Shown one piece after another: positions 63,470 to 64,000 of a stretch of DNA of 64,000 nucleotides. Each line of letters begins with the position of its first letter. Position 1 is the first letter of the stretch. Source of the stretch: Parasitella parasitica NRRL 2501 (taxonomy: Eukaryota > Fungi > Mucoromycota); contig MU619283.1 in assembly GCA_025201805.1 (NCBI GenBank), forward strand, positions 1-64,000, read 5' to 3'. The translations under genes and the position numbers were made by a program. Under the pieces are notes generated by a model. The model did no database searches, was not told where the DNA came from, and saw only the letters and a program-made list of their open reading frames with translations.

Positions 63470-64000
63470 CTACGCATCCCTATGCGGTTGCTGGTAGTAT
63501 GTTGGTATTAAGTTGGCTGTGTTTGTTGTAGTGGTATTTCCATTTGCAGTTATATTGTTGTTACTACTAGGCAAATCTCCCCATCTCATTCTGTACATTT
63601 CCAGCATATTCTCAAGCTCTTGCACTCGCTGCTGATACTGGTTGACTTTGCCATGTAATAGTCGTATATGGTCCACTGATTTGCGCAGTATGGTCCCCTT
63701 GTTGTTTTTGCTAGCGTCTCGTTCGGGTAAGAGAGTGGATAGTTCAAATATACGTTCGTTGATGTTATCTCTTCTTCTGCGTTCAACTGCATTATGTGAT
63801 TCTCGTCTTCTTCTCTTTTTCTCAAACATTTGTTGCATGCTTGATAGAAACAATAATAATAATAATAAAAAAAAAAAGTGTTACTACCCTCTCCTATTTA
63901 TCACGTGTATGTGATTCTTTTGCGTTCTGATTGAAATGCATGAATGTGTATGTATGGGTAGTAGTACTTACTGTCTCTGTTGTAGTTCCTCATCAATATG
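63470..64000 (-). CDS. bHLH(-ZIP) transcription factor, MiT/TFE/USF-like, 5'-partial
   Basis: RRESHNAVERRRRDNINERIFELSTLLP..NKGTILRKSVDHIRLL. Confidence 0.92.

Overview
Compact, intron-rich (mostly 50-70 nt introns), low-GC fungal genomic DNA. Gene families and transposon relics point to Mucorales (inference). About 28 mostly housekeeping genes are present: an AGC kinase, NoxR, an F-box/LRR protein, mitochondrial MetRS, a RasGEF-like protein, YEATS2-like, BRD8-like, MALSU1/RsfS, NDUFB11, Elongin C, LPD1, a SUT/SLC45 transporter, eIF3e, Tea1/Kel1-like, Src1/MAN1, HAS1, MPP-beta and a bHLH factor. There is one tRNA-Glu(TTC) and there are two N-gaps. An accessory island at about 32.3-38.0 kb holds a decayed Tc1/IS630 transposase and two pseudogenes with PD-(D/E)xK-like motifs. 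It also holds a 269-bp inverted duplication bracketing 4.7 kb, a 161-bp direct duplication, and three junctions with templated fold-back or slippage scars. Other notable signals are a long hairpin-forming intron in NDUFB11, a phased GGCGCGC-N5-CGGA triplet upstream of an uncharacterised PB1-like/RGG-His protein, a secreted choice-of-anchor-A-like protein and repeated W(T/K)GY motifs in the RasGEF tail. No database searches were run. Family calls come from motif recognition and exon coordinates were read by hand.
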